From an uncultured Planctomycetia bacterium (lineage in GTDB: Bacteria > Omnitrophota > Gorgyraeia > Duberdicusellales > 4484-171): 64,000 nucleotides of DNA. Of the stretch, positions 40,572 to 50,978 are shown piece after piece. The notes under the pieces were generated by a model that had not been told where the DNA came from, made no database searches, and saw nothing but the letters and a program-made list of their open reading frames with translations. The stretch covers positions 356,056-420,055 of the forward strand of contig CAZVQU010000001.1 in NCBI GenBank assembly GCA_964629655.1. Reading direction: 5' to 3'. Numbering within the stretch: the first letter of the stretch is position 1; each line of letters starts with the position of its first letter. The position numbers and the translations under genes were made by a program.

Positions 40572-41300
40572 CTAAATTAAATGCTTATTTCTTTGCAAAT
40601 AGTTTAATATCTTCCTTACGCACTCATCAACAGACATATCCTTAGTATTAATAGTTATTTCCGGAATTTCCGGCGGCTCATAGGGATCATTGATACCTGT
40701 AAAATTGTCTATTAATCCTTTTCTTGCTTTTTTATATAACCCCTTGGGATCTCTTTTTTCACATTCCTCTAATGGCGTGCTTACATATACCTCGATAAAA
40801 TTTCGGCATTTTTCCCTTACAAACTTTCTTGCTTCTTTGTAGGGGGATATAAAGGAAGCAACTACTGTAACTTTATTGCTCTCTAAGATGTTTGCTAACA
40901 AACTAATTCTTCTTATATGCGCATCCCTCTCGGATTTAGAGAATCCTGTTGCTGGCAGCATCATCCTCACCCTTTCCCCATCAAGCCTCTGAACATTACG
41001 AGACATTCTTAACAACTTCGTCCAAACAGCATCTGCCAATGTACTTTTTCCAGAAGCAGGAAGGCCAGTAAACCATAAAACAAAAGGAACTATTTCCTTC
41101 CTCCCGAAACTGATTTTATCCCACAGCCTCTCGTGGGAAAAATACAAAAGCATTTTTACAATAACTTCAAAAAAACCAATAGCCAAGGCTATTTTTATCT
41201 TTCCGGTAAAAATAAGGACTAAAGAGGCTGTTGTTAATGTCGCTAGCGTCCTCCATGAAACCGTCTTTGCTACCGACCTTGCTTTTGTTTCCTTAAACAT
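40572..41300 (-). CDS. cysC: APS kinase with N-terminal DUF2061-like membrane domain
   Basis: RS..KT.SWR...LY..HERLW followed by WFTGLPASGKST, LDGE, RDPKGLY. Confidence 0.87.
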   Translation of the reverse strand: MFKETKARSVAKTVSWRTLATLTTASLVLIFTGKIKIALAIGFFEVIVKMLLYFSHERLWDKISFGRKEIVPFVLWFTGLPASGKSTLADAVWTKLLRMSRNVQRLDGERVRMMLPATGFSKSERDAHIRRISLLANILESNKVTVVASFISPYKEARKFVREKCRNFIEVYVSTPLEECEKRDPKGLYKKARKGLIDNFTGINDPYEPPEIPEITINTKDMSVDECVRKILNYLQRNKHLI

Positions 41301-41321
41301 GGCTTGAAATATGGATTTAGA

Positions 41322-42461
41322 CTAACGCTTATTAAAAAACTGGCAGATATTTTTGATTATATATTGTGTTTCATTACTGGTTAAAAAAGGATGCATTGGC
41401 AGACTTAATACTTCCGACAAAACCTTCTCTGCCCTTCTCAAACTTCCTCTGCATTTTGCCTTCCTAAATGCCCTCATCTTATGAAGCAAAATGGGATAAT
41501 AGATGCGTGCTCCTATTCCCTTGGAATTTAAATACTTTAGAAGAGCATTTCTACCAGAGGAAACTTTTATAGTGTATTGGTGGTAAATGTGAACGGTATT
41601 GAGTTGAGGAGGTTGGATTTGGGGAATATTTTCAAAGGCTTGAGTGTATTTTTTGGCGACTTTCATCCGGACATTATTAAATTTATCAATATGCTTTAAC
41701 TTTGCCAGAAGAACTGCGGCTTGGATTGAATCAAGGCGAGAGTTGTAACCAATATAATCTGCTTTATATTGCCTAGTCTGGCCATGTTTTCTTAAAGCTT
41801 TTACCAGCTCTGCGATAGTTTTATTATTAGTAACAATAAGACCTCCATCACCAAAACCACCTAGATTCTTAGAAGGAAAAAAACTAAAAGCACCACAATC
41901 TGAAAATGAGCCGACTTTCTTCTTTCCAAGAGAAGCTCCAAAGCTCTGAGCACAATCTTCCACGGTAAATAAATTGTATTTTTTGGCAATTTTAGAAATC
42001 TTAATCAAATCGCAGGGAAAACCATATAGATGAACCGGTAGAATTCCGACAGTATTTTTAGTTATGGCTTTCTCTATACAGGAAGGGCTGATATTAAAAG
42101 TATCCGGGTCTATATCCACAAATACCGGAGTTGCCCCGCTTCTTACTATTGCCTCAGCCGTAGCAATAAAAGTAAAAGGAGTAGTAATAATTTCATTTTT
42201 TTTATCGAAATTTTCTTTGCCTTTTGACTTAAGGATTAAAGCTTTTAAGGACAGCAGCAAAGCATCAGTTCCTGAAGCAACACCTACCGCATATTTTATT
42301 CCTAAATACTTGGCTACTTTTTCTTCAAACTCGCTAACTTTCGGGCCTAAAATCCACTGTTGGCTACCAAAACAATCCTTAAGGTGTCTATTGATATCCT
42401 TTTTTAGGAAGTCAAATTCTCTCTTTAAGTCTAATATAGGAATATCCATTGTTTTCCGCAC
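41322..42461 (-). CDS. DegT-family aminotransferase (WbpE-like)
   Basis: ASGTDAL, EDCAQSFG, SFFPSKNLG..GDGG, NSRLD. Start may be ATG 42449. Confidence 0.92.
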   Translation of the reverse strand: MRKTMDIPILDLKREFDFLKKDINRHLKDCFGSQQWILGPKVSEFEEKVAKYLGIKYAVGVASGTDALLLSLKALILKSKGKENFDKKNEIITTPFTFIATAEAIVRSGATPVFVDIDPDTFNISPSCIEKAITKNTVGILPVHLYGFPCDLIKISKIAKKYNLFTVEDCAQSFGASLGKKKVGSFSDCGAFSFFPSKNLGGFGDGGLIVTNNKTIAELVKALRKHGQTRQYKADYIGYNSRLDSIQAAVLLAKLKHIDKFNNVRMKVAKKYTQAFENIPQIQPPQLNTVHIYHQYTIKVSSGRNALLKYLNSKGIGARIYYPILLHKMRAFRKAKCRGSLRRAEKVLSEVLSLPMHPFLTSNETQYIIKNICQFFNKR

Positions 42462-42462
42462 T

Positions 42463-43404
42463 TCAATCCTTATCCTTTATCCTTTCTCTGAAATACTCTA
42501 TTGTCTTCTTTAATCCTTCTTCAAGGGAAATTTTAGGCTGCCAACCGATCATTTTTTTAACCTTACTTATATCAGGCTGCCTCTGCTTAGGGTCATCTTC
42601 AGGCAAAGATAAGTATTCTATCTTTAATTCCGGATTAGTCAATTTTAAAACTAAATTGGCCAGTTCAATAACTGTAAACTCTACGGAATTGCCTAAATTC
42701 AAAGGCCATTTGTAATCAATATTCATCATATTTATAATCCCCTCCGCTAAATCGTCAATATAGCAAAAAGAACGGCTCTGTTGACCCTGGCCATAAACAG
42801 TTAAATTTTCCCCTTTTAAAGCCTGCACAATGAAATTTGAGACAACTCGTCCATCATCAGGATGCATATTCGGCCCATAAGTATTGAATATTCGTACCAC
42901 TCTTACATCAAGATTATGTTGACGCATATAAGCATAAGCTAAAGCTTCTGCCCCTCGCTTACTCTCGTCATAGCAGCTTCTTACTCCAATAGAATTTACA
43001 TTTCCCCAATACTCTTCCGGCTGAGGATGTACAAGAGGATCTCCGTAAACTTCAGAAGTAGAAGCTAAGAAAAATTTTGTTTTTTTCTCCTTAGCTATGC
43101 CTAAACAATTATGAGTACCCAGGAGTCCTGACTTTAAAGTTTTTATCGGATAATTTAAATAATGCTTAGGGGAAGCTAAAGAAGCAAAATGTAAAACCCA
43201 GTCCAAATCTTCCTCTATGTGCAAAGAGTTTGAAATATCCTGTTCTATTAACTTGAACTTTGGATTGTCTTCTAGTTCCTCAATATTCTTTCTAAAGCCG
43301 GTTATAAAATTGTCCACACAGATTACTCTATTCCCACCTTCAAGTAGCTTCCTACATAAATGCGAGCCAATGAAACCTGCTCCACCAGTTATTAAAATAT
43401 TCAC
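42463..43404 (-). CDS. UDP-glucuronate decarboxylase (UDP-xylose synthase)
   Basis: TGGAGFIGSHL, ASTSEVYGDP, YWGNVN, RSCYDESKR, DGRVVSNF. Confidence 0.9.
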   Translation of the reverse strand: MNILITGGAGFIGSHLCRKLLEGGNRVICVDNFITGFRKNIEELEDNPKFKLIEQDISNSLHIEEDLDWVLHFASLASPKHYLNYPIKTLKSGLLGTHNCLGIAKEKKTKFFLASTSEVYGDPLVHPQPEEYWGNVNSIGVRSCYDESKRGAEALAYAYMRQHNLDVRVVRIFNTYGPNMHPDDGRVVSNFIVQALKGENLTVYGQGQQSRSFCYIDDLAEGIINMMNIDYKWPLNLGNSVEFTVIELANLVLKLTNPELKIEYLSLPEDDPKQRQPDISKVKKMIGWQPKISLEEGLKKTIEYFRERIKDKD

Positions 43405-44357
43405 TTATCACCTCTCCTGAACCATTTCACTGCCTTTTCCAGCCCTTGAGAAAAGTCAACTTTAGGATGCCAGTTGAGAAGTTTCTTTGCTTTTCCAATA
43501 TCAGCATGGGTCTTTTTTACATCTCCAAGCCGAGGGGGGCAATAGTTAGGTTCGATATTGCTCTCGATAATCTTCTTTAAGCTATTAAACAAATTATTTA
43601 CAGAATTAGGTATTCCTAAGCCAACATTAAATACCTCTGGACCAATATTGTCCTTTTCAAGACACCGGATGTTTACATCAACTATATCCTCAACATAAAC
43701 CAAATCTCTTTCTTGTTTTCCATCCCCATACACAGGAGGAGCTTCCCCGTTTAATAGGCAATTTATGAATTTCGGAACAACAACCGCATATTCATCATCT
43801 AAAGATTGACGCGGACCATATACATTAAAATACCTTAAATTTACAACTTCCATATTATAAAGTTTGCTAAAAACATAGGAATATTGTTCAACGATCAGCT
43901 TTGTGGCCGCATAAGGTGAAATTGGCTTCGCAATCTCACTTTCCTTCTCTGGGAAACTATCTCTTTCTCCGTATACAGAACTTGAAGAAGCACAAACTAT
44001 CCTTCTTATACCCTTGGCCTTAGCCCGTAAAAAAAGTTTTAGTGTGCCTTCGACATTTACTTCATTATATTCCCAAGGCTTATCCACAGATTTAGGAATA
44101 CTTCTCCTTGCTGCCTGATGAGAAACAGCATCAATCCCATCTAAGGCTTCCTCTAAATCTTTTTCATCTCTAATATCACCCTTTATAAACTTTATTTTAT
44201 CTTGGCTCTGGCTTAAATTTTCTAATTTACCGCTTGATAAGTCATCTAGGACAATTATATCTGCTCCCAAACCCACCAATCTATCAACGATATGAGAGCC
44301 AATAAACCCCGCTCCTCCAGTAACCAATATTTTTTTGCCTTTAAGCCTGTCTTCCAT
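43401..44357 (-). CDS. UDP-HexNAc(A) 4-epimerase-like SDR (WbpP-like)
   Basis: TGGAGFIG, HQAA..S.P.S, YAATK, RYFNVYGPRQ. Confidence 0.85.
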   Translation of the reverse strand: MEDRLKGKKILVTGGAGFIGSHIVDRLVGLGADIIVLDDLSSGKLENLSQSQDKIKFIKGDIRDEKDLEEALDGIDAVSHQAARRSIPKSVDKPWEYNEVNVEGTLKLFLRAKAKGIRRIVCASSSSVYGERDSFPEKESEIAKPISPYAATKLIVEQYSYVFSKLYNMEVVNLRYFNVYGPRQSLDDEYAVVVPKFINCLLNGEAPPVYGDGKQERDLVYVEDIVDVNIRCLEKDNIGPEVFNVGLGIPNSVNNLFNSLKKIIESNIEPNYCPPRLGDVKKTHADIGKAKKLLNWHPKVDFSQGLEKAVKWFRRGDK

Positions 44358-44372
44358 TTAACTTTGTTTAAT

Positions 44373-45677
44373 TTAAAGTCTTACGATGTTACTATAGTCT
44401 TTCTTATAAACATTGCGAGTATCAAAGATTAACTTAGTATTTTTTCTCAAAAACTCATAATCAACCTTTGAATGGTTAGTGATAACTACTAAACAATCAT
44501 ATTTTTTTAATTTATCGCGACTCAAAAATACGCTTTTTAGATTAATACCATTAATCTTTAAGTAAGGTATGAGTGAATCAGAATAATCAACCTTAGCTTT
44601 TCTTTTCCTTAACCCTTCAATAATATCTAAAGCCGGTGATTCTCTTAAATCTTTTACATCCTTCTTGTAAGTAACCCCTAATATCAAGACCCTGGCTTTA
44701 CTTATAGGTATACCTTTAGTTTTGAGAAGTTTAACTACCCTGCTTACAGTATACTTAGGCATGAAATGATCCATATAGGCTGCTAGATCAATCATCTTTG
44801 TCTTAAAACCCAGTTTTTTTGACTTCCAGGACAAGTATAAAGGATCAGCCGGGATACAATGACCACCTATGCCGGGGCCGGGATAAAAAGGCATAAACCC
44901 AAAAGGTTTTGTCTTCGCTGCCCCTACTACTTCCCACATATTTATCCCTAATTTTTCAGCTACCATAGCAAACTCGTTAACTAAAGCAATGTTGACCAAT
45001 CTAAAGGTATTCTCAAGAAGCTTAGAACTTTCAGCGACTTCGGGACTTGATACCGTAAATACATCTTTAATAATCTTTGAATAGAAACTCTTTGCTAACT
45101 TATTTGACTTATTAGATAAGCCACCGACAATTTTAGGTATTTTTGTTAAAGGAAATTTCTTATCACCAGGGTTAACTCTCTCCGGGGAAAAACAAAGAAA
45201 GAAATCCTTCTCTTCCTTTAACCCTGTTTTCTTTAAAATCGGCAAGACTACTTCCCGGGTAGTGGTAGGATAAGAGGTGCTCTCTAAAATAACTAGCTGC
45301 CCCCTTCTTAAATACTTTCCTACTGTTTTGCTTGCTGCTACTACATAGGAAATATCAGGTATCTTTACCTTCCTTAAAGGTGTGGGTACGCAGATTATTA
45401 TAATGTCTGAGGTTTTGAGAACCTTTTGGTTTGTGGTAGGGAAAAACTTATTCTTCTTAATCAAAGAAAGAACCCCTTTAAAATCAACATCTACGATGTA
45501 TTGGTCCCCCTTCTTTAATCTAGCAATGCGCGATTTACCACTATCTAGGCCGATAACCGGATAGCCTTTGCGCCCAAAGGCAACTGCTAGCGGAAGACCC
45601 ACATATCCTAAGCCAATAATGCAGATTTTGGCCTTCTTTTTGTTAATCTTTTCCTCTAATCTTCGGTAATTATTCAT
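44373..45677 (-). CDS. Nucleotide sugar dehydrogenase (WbpA-like)
   Basis: GLGYVGLP, CVPTP, SPERVNPG, KLLENTFR, GGHCIP, DLRESP. Confidence 0.92.
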   Translation of the reverse strand: MNNYRRLEEKINKKKAKICIIGLGYVGLPLAVAFGRKGYPVIGLDSGKSRIARLKKGDQYIVDVDFKGVLSLIKKNKFFPTTNQKVLKTSDIIIICVPTPLRKVKIPDISYVVAASKTVGKYLRRGQLVILESTSYPTTTREVVLPILKKTGLKEEKDFFLCFSPERVNPGDKKFPLTKIPKIVGGLSNKSNKLAKSFYSKIIKDVFTVSSPEVAESSKLLENTFRLVNIALVNEFAMVAEKLGINMWEVVGAAKTKPFGFMPFYPGPGIGGHCIPADPLYLSWKSKKLGFKTKMIDLAAYMDHFMPKYTVSRVVKLLKTKGIPISKARVLILGVTYKKDVKDLRESPALDIIEGLRKRKAKVDYSDSLIPYLKINGINLKSVFLSRDKLKKYDCLVVITNHSKVDYEFLRKNTKLIFDTRNVYKKDYSNIVRL

Positions 45678-45683
45678 TTCTAT

Positions 45684-45689
45684 ATTCTA
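45684..45689 (-). promoter_or_regulatory. Candidate -10 element (leaderless start)
   Basis: TAGAAT 6 nt before ATG 45677, no SD; -35 weak (TTTAAT). Confidence 0.45.
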
Positions 45690-45771
45690 CTTCAAAAGTC
45701 AAAGAATTAAAGAAATTTATTCCTAATGGCTTAGGCCTCTAGTATATGCATTAAATGGATGAACTGGCAGG

Positions 45772-47118
45772 CTATTTTCCCATCCCGATATAACCAAATC
45801 CCATCCGACGCAATTTATCCCGGTCAAACATATTCCTTCCATCGGCAATAAGCGGATAGTGCATTAGTTTTTTGACTCTTTTTAGGCCCAATTCCTTGAA
45901 TTCTTCCCACTCAGTTAATAAACAAAGACAATCACAACCCTTAACTGCTTGATAAGGATCTTTAGTAAACTTCACCTTTGCAGAAGATTTGAAGATTTTC
46001 TTTGCTTCTTCCAAACTTTGAGGATCACAAAGGCAAAGGTGAGAGCCCTCTTGAATAAAAGCCTTTACAATATCAACTGAGGGTGCAAATCGCATATCAT
46101 CTGTATCAGGCTTAAAGGAAAGTCCTAAGATGGCAATCTTTTTTTCCTTAAGAATCCATAGGTGCTCTTTTACCTTTTCTACAAAGCTAAGACGTTGTTG
46201 TTTGTTAATAGCCTTAACTTCTTTAAGCAAACCAAAATCATACCCTAGCTTCTTTGAAATATAGCTAAAGGCCTCAACATCTTTAGGAAAACAAAACCCA
46301 CCATAACCTATACCGGCCTGCAAGAACTCTTTACCGATTCTTCGATCTAACCCCATAGCTAAAGCTATCTTTTCGACATCAGCACCGGCCAAATCACACA
46401 CTTGCGAAACTGCATTAATAAAAGAAATCTTTGTAGCGAGAAAGGAGTTTGAAGCATGCTTAATAAGCTCAGATGTATTTATATCAGTAACTATTATCGG
46501 GGCTTTTACTGCTGCATATATATCTTTTAGTATCTCCTCAGCCCGTTTTGATTCTACACCAATAACAATTCTATCCGGGCAAAAGAAATCATAAATTGCC
46601 TTCCCTTCCCTTAAAAATTCAGGATTTGAAGCTACATCAAAATCATTGCCGTTCTTTTTGTAACGATGAATGGTCTCTTTTATCTTTCTGCCTGTCCATA
46701 CCGGAACAGTTGATTTACCTACTATTAACTTATAAGAATTAAGATTCTTGGCAATTGTATGGGCAACATTTCCTACTGAGGTCAAATCAGCAGAACCATC
46801 TGCTTGGGGAGGCGTACCAACAGCGATAAAAATAACCTGGGATTTCTTAATAGCCTCTGGCAAGGATGATGAAAAAACTAACCCCTTAGACTTAAGGCCT
46901 TTCTTAACTAGAGGATTTAGATCCGGCTCATAAAAGGGTATATATTTTTTCTTTAAAGACGCTACTCTCTTTTTATCTTTATCCACGCAGTATACCTTAT
47001 GCCCCAGCTCAGCAAAACAAGCCGCAGCAACAAGCCCCACATGCCCGGCGCCAATAACACAAATTTTATACCTTTTAGTATACTTTTTCTTAGCTATTCC
47101 CTTTCCTTTTTTCTTCAT
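45772..47118 (-). CDS. ugd: UDP-glucose 6-dehydrogenase
   Basis: GAGHVG, AVGTP, KSTVP, NPEFLREG, GYGGFCFPKD, FKPDTDD.R. Confidence 0.92.
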   Translation of the reverse strand: MKKKGKGIAKKKYTKRYKICVIGAGHVGLVAAACFAELGHKVYCVDKDKKRVASLKKKYIPFYEPDLNPLVKKGLKSKGLVFSSSLPEAIKKSQVIFIAVGTPPQADGSADLTSVGNVAHTIAKNLNSYKLIVGKSTVPVWTGRKIKETIHRYKKNGNDFDVASNPEFLREGKAIYDFFCPDRIVIGVESKRAEEILKDIYAAVKAPIIVTDINTSELIKHASNSFLATKISFINAVSQVCDLAGADVEKIALAMGLDRRIGKEFLQAGIGYGGFCFPKDVEAFSYISKKLGYDFGLLKEVKAINKQQRLSFVEKVKEHLWILKEKKIAILGLSFKPDTDDMRFAPSVDIVKAFIQEGSHLCLCDPQSLEEAKKIFKSSAKVKFTKDPYQAVKGCDCLCLLTEWEEFKELGLKRVKKLMHYPLIADGRNMFDRDKLRRMGFGYIGMGK

Positions 47119-47132
47119 CTCTACCCTTTTTT

Positions 47133-49277
47133 TTAGTATTCTGCCTTCGCTCCTTTATAAGTCTGATCAAAACCAGCACTTATATCCGGAAAGTCCTTTA
47201 AGGTAAATACAAACCAAAAACCAAAGTCCTTTCCTCCGCTCTGATGCCTATTCACATCTACACCGAAATCGAACCACCAGCAATGTAAATCCGATCTTAT
47301 TGAATATTGCTGGGTCTGAAAATCTCCGGTATTATACTCACATAGAGCATATCCTCTAAATTTCAGCTTAGGGGTAAGTTGGTAATTAAAATCAAATGTG
47401 CCTTGAGTGCTGCTTTGACGAGTGTATCGATTACCATAAGAAAAAGAATACTTCTGCTTCTCAACCTCTTCGCCCAATTCTATAACTTTCTCTCTTCCTG
47501 TAATCGTAAAATCAACATTAAATGAGGAAAATCTTCTGGTCTGAACATCAAAAGAAGTATCGGATGTCAGAGAGAACCCTTCCTTAGGATAAATTTCAAA
47601 ACTTCCGGTTATAGCATTAAAACGGCTAAAACTCCCCTCGGGATTAATAGTGTAGCTAACTGCCGGGCTAAAATATATAAAATCCCAGGTTCTCTCTTTG
47701 TTTCTAGCTTGTAATTTATTATTTAAGGTAAAAGTAACCAATTCGGCTCGAGTAAGACTATCATCGCCATCAAATTGGACAAGATTGTTATTAGAAACTG
47801 TAGGATCATGGACATAACTATAACTTATCTCCGGATTTAATATGTGACGCATTTGGTCTATTTCTTCGCCCAAAACATTCCAACCAGCATTATTAAAGTA
47901 TCTATAGAGTTTTGTACTCATAGTCATTCCAGCCTCAGGAGCTTCACGCCAAACATCATACTCATAGAAGCTATTTCGGGAATAAAAGGCCGAATAGGAA
48001 CCAACATAAGGATTTATGCTTAACCACTTTATCTTATCAATATAGCTTAAAACATTATGTGAATAAGCCCTAAAAGCCTTGCTGTAGACTTGAGTATTAG
48101 TTGTTCTGCTCTTTAAGAGTCCTGTTTTGCTATCCGACTCAAGATAAAAGTTAGTGGAGCCTAAGTTCTGTTTGAAGAAATTGTATTCTAATTGTGGTAA
48201 ATACTCCGTCTCGGAATCGAAGCGGTTTGCTCTTCTTTGCGTACGTAAAGATAAGGAAGAAGCAGGCAAGGTATATTGTATAAGATTATAGCTCTTAGTA
48301 TTCGGTGAAACCTCATACTCCTTCTCAAAAAAATCTTGCATAAAATATTGATCAGAAAACTTATTGAACTCACTGGTTATGGATAACTTATCATTAGGCT
48401 CCCACTGATGGGCAAGCTGTATTTTGTAACGGTCATCTTCCAAGCGTTTGGGTTCTTCACCACTTCTACCATACATATCTCCGAGCCTTTTTCTGCTATC
48501 CAATTTATAAAGATCATCAGCAATAGTGTAACAATTAATTAATGCATCCCCAAACTTTTCACTCTCTACCATATGGGTTACGCCAAACCCATAGCCTCTC
48601 TCTTCGTAGGTATCAATATGAATTTTACCTCTATTTTCATCATTTAAGTTATAACGCCAACGGCTCAAAAGAAACATCCCCCACTCGTTTTCCTTACCAG
48701 GAATTAGCTCTACCTTAAAAGCATTATCTTTTAAAGATTGAACAAAACGGGGGAAGTAAAAAATAGGAGTTGTTCCCACTCTCAAAACCATATTTCTGGC
48801 TATAATCTTATCTTCGGGATAAACAGTGACAGTTTTCGCTGTCAGCCGATAGTGCGGCACTTCTAAGTCACAAGTGGTCATATATGCTTTCTTCAGCACA
48901 TATTTTTCTTTCCCTACCTTAGCTCCTTCTTCGGCCTCTCCGTAAACCGGAGGGTCCTTAAGCCTTGCATTGACCATCTCGGCATTGTGGGTATTGAAGT
49001 TATAAACTACATCTCGACCATAAAGAATACTATCGCCCTTATTTATCCGCACATCCCCTTTTATGTGAGCAATACTGCTATTGGCATCATATAGAGCCTC
49101 CTGGCAGAAGAGCTCAGAACCTTCAGACTTTACCTCTACATTACCCTTGGCAAGAATCTTGCCCTTTTCCTTAAGATAGGTTATCTCATCACCATCAATA
49201 ACTACCGGCATTTTATCAGTCTCAGAAAAAGCACCCAGCGGTGCGAGAAGAAGGGAAAGCAGGATAATAAATCTCAT
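47133..49277 (-). CDS. lptD: LPS-assembly outer-membrane protein (LptD-like)
   Basis: Signal peptide [18 protein letters not shown], OstA-like N-domain, TTC....PHY, DLHCW. Start ATG 49277 gives an ATGA overlap. Confidence 0.75.
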   Translation of the reverse strand: MRFIILLSLLLAPLGAFSETDKMPVVIDGDEITYLKEKGKILAKGNVEVKSEGSELFCQEALYDANSSIAHIKGDVRINKGDSILYGRDVVYNFNTHNAEMVNARLKDPPVYGEAEEGAKVGKEKYVLKKAYMTTCDLEVPHYRLTAKTVTVYPEDKIIARNMVLRVGTTPIFYFPRFVQSLKDNAFKVELIPGKENEWGMFLLSRWRYNLNDENRGKIHIDTYEERGYGFGVTHMVESEKFGDALINCYTIADDLYKLDSRKRLGDMYGRSGEEPKRLEDDRYKIQLAHQWEPNDKLSITSEFNKFSDQYFMQDFFEKEYEVSPNTKSYNLIQYTLPASSLSLRTQRRANRFDSETEYLPQLEYNFFKQNLGSTNFYLESDSKTGLLKSRTTNTQVYSKAFRAYSHNVLSYIDKIKWLSINPYVGSYSAFYSRNSFYEYDVWREAPEAGMTMSTKLYRYFNNAGWNVLGEEIDQMRHILNPEISYSYVHDPTVSNNNLVQFDGDDSLTRAELVTFTLNNKLQARNKERTWDFIYFSPAVSYTINPEGSFSRFNAITGSFEIYPKEGFSLTSDTSFDVQTRRFSSFNVDFTITGREKVIELGEEVEKQKYSFSYGNRYTRQSSTQGTFDFNYQLTPKLKFRGYALCEYNTGDFQTQQYSIRSDLHCWWFDFGVDVNRHQSGGKDFGFWFVFTLKDFPDISAGFDQTYKGAKAEY

Positions 49278-49930
49278 TTCTTTAAGTTCGCTTTTAATTT
49301 TGCCCAATCATCTAAGAATCTATTCATACCCAAATCAGTTAAAGGATGTTTCATCAGCTTTTCAATCACAGCAAAAGGAACAGTTGCTATATCTGCCCCC
49401 AGACGGGCTGACTCTAGGAAATGAATTGGGTGACGAATTGAAGCAACAATTATCTGGGCAGAAATTCCGTAATTATCATAAATTTGCTTTATATCTGCTA
49501 TTAAGTTCATCCCTTCGGTAGAGATATCATCTAATCTACCGACAAAAGGAGAAACATAAGTTGCTCCGGCTTTAGCTACTAAGAGAGCTTGAGAGGAAGA
49601 AAAGCAGAGAGTAAGATTTGTCTTTATGCTTAAGGCACTGAGTTCTTTAGTTGCTCTTAGACCTTCAACAGTACAAGGAACCTTTATGACAATGTTTGAG
49701 GATATTTTCGCTAATTCCTTTGCCTCTGCCACCATCCCTTCACTATCTAAACTAGTAATCTCAGCACTAATCGGTCCCTTGACTACTTCACATATCTTCT
49801 TAAGCTGAGAACTAGGCTCAACTCCTTCCCTTGAAAGAAGAGTGGGATTTGTGGTTACCCCGTCTAAGACTCCATAAGAGTGGGCTTTTTTAATATCCTC
49901 TAAGTTAGCCGTATCGATGAACAATTTCAT
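49274..49930 (-). CDS. fsa: Transaldolase / fructose-6-phosphate aldolase
   Basis: [32 protein letters not shown]. Confidence 0.93.
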   Translation of the reverse strand: MKLFIDTANLEDIKKAHSYGVLDGVTTNPTLLSREGVEPSSQLKKICEVVKGPISAEITSLDSEGMVAEAKELAKISSNIVIKVPCTVEGLRATKELSALSIKTNLTLCFSSSQALLVAKAGATYVSPFVGRLDDISTEGMNLIADIKQIYDNYGISAQIIVASIRHPIHFLESARLGADIATVPFAVIEKLMKHPLTDLGMNRFLDDWAKLKANLKK

Positions 49931-49958
49931 GCTTCCTCCTGACTAGATAAATATAATG

Positions 49959-50858
49959 TTATAGATTTTCTTTGACTAAAAGGGATGCTCCAATTATACC
50001 AGCATTTGAGAGCTTTGCCCTTACTAATTTTACGCCTAAATTTTGGGGCCACATTACTTGCTTTTTTATTTCTTTGGCAACTAATGGTTTAAATAATTTG
50101 AATGCTCCTGATACTCCTCCGCCAAATATAATAACTTGGGGATTAAATACATTTATCATTCCTGCCAAAAATTTTCCTAGATTATGGGAAAACTCATTCC
50201 AAACGATCAACGCCTCGGCCTCTTTGGCTAAACCTCTTTGGAAGAGTTGTTTTACTTCTTTTACTCTTGTTTTATTCTTCTTCAAACGCGTATAATGCGA
50301 AAGCAGATAGCGGTTGCCAACATAAGTTTCGATACAGCCCCGGCCTCCGCAACCGCAAAGCTTGCCCTTTAGATTTATCGGCACATGTCCTAACTCGGTA
50401 GCACTGGTCTTACCTTCAAGAAGCTTACCACCGCAGATCACTGCGCCTCCTAAGCCTGTACCTAGAGTTAAGAATATAGCTCTTCTTTTACCCTTGGCTG
50501 CACCAAAACGGGCTTCAGCCAAAGCAAAAGCATTCGCATCATTGTCGATGGACACCGGAAGTTTTAAGTTCTTTTTAAGTACACTCTGTAAGGGATACTT
50601 TTCCCATCCGGGAATATTCGGCAGATAGTAGATAAAACCTTTTTCTACGTCAACTATTCCTGGTACTCCGATGCCTACGCCTCTTATAGTAAAGGAAGAA
50701 AAACCTTTGAGAAGTGTCTTGAGATTCTTTATGAAGACTTGCTTTTGCCTAAGTTGGCTTGAACAGTAAACTTTCTTCTTTACTATCCTTCCCCGGCTAT
50801 CAACTAAACCTGCTTTTAAGTAAGTTCCTCCCCAATCAATACCTAAGAATACCTGCAT
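49959..50858 (-). CDS. ROK family sugar kinase
   Basis: GIDWGGT, NDAN, LGTGLGG, ELGH, CGCG..GCIE. Confidence 0.92.
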   Translation of the reverse strand: MQVFLGIDWGGTYLKAGLVDSRGRIVKKKVYCSSQLRQKQVFIKNLKTLLKGFSSFTIRGVGIGVPGIVDVEKGFIYYLPNIPGWEKYPLQSVLKKNLKLPVSIDNDANAFALAEARFGAAKGKRRAIFLTLGTGLGGAVICGGKLLEGKTSATELGHVPINLKGKLCGCGGRGCIETYVGNRYLLSHYTRLKKNKTRVKEVKQLFQRGLAKEAEALIVWNEFSHNLGKFLAGMINVFNPQVIIFGGGVSGAFKLFKPLVAKEIKKQVMWPQNLGVKLVRAKLSNAGIIGASLLVKENL

Positions 50859-50864
50859 AATCCT

Positions 50865-50892
50865 ATTGTAGCGAATAATCCTTATTTTTCAA
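50865..50892 (-). promoter_or_regulatory. Sigma70 promoter for the ROK operon (leaderless)
   Basis: TTGAAA-16 bp-TACAAT, 6 nt before ATG 50858. Confidence 0.65.
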
Positions 50893-50900
50893 CTCAAAAA

Positions 50901-50978
50901 TGGTCGGGAGGGCGGGACTTGAACCCGCGGCCTCTTCGTCCCGAACGAAGCGCGCTAGCCAAACTGCGCTACCCCCCG
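50901..50978 (-). tRNA. tRNA-Pro (anticodon CGG)
   Basis: CGGGGGG/CCTCCCG acceptor stem, anticodon arm CTTCG-TTCGGGA-CGAAG, GGTTCAAGTCC T-arm, encoded CCA. Confidence 0.97.

Noticed and set aside
50901-50978. tRNA-Pro as an integration site for the glycan locus
   Set aside because: No integrase or duplicated tRNA 3' end was seen, and housekeeping genes flank both sides.
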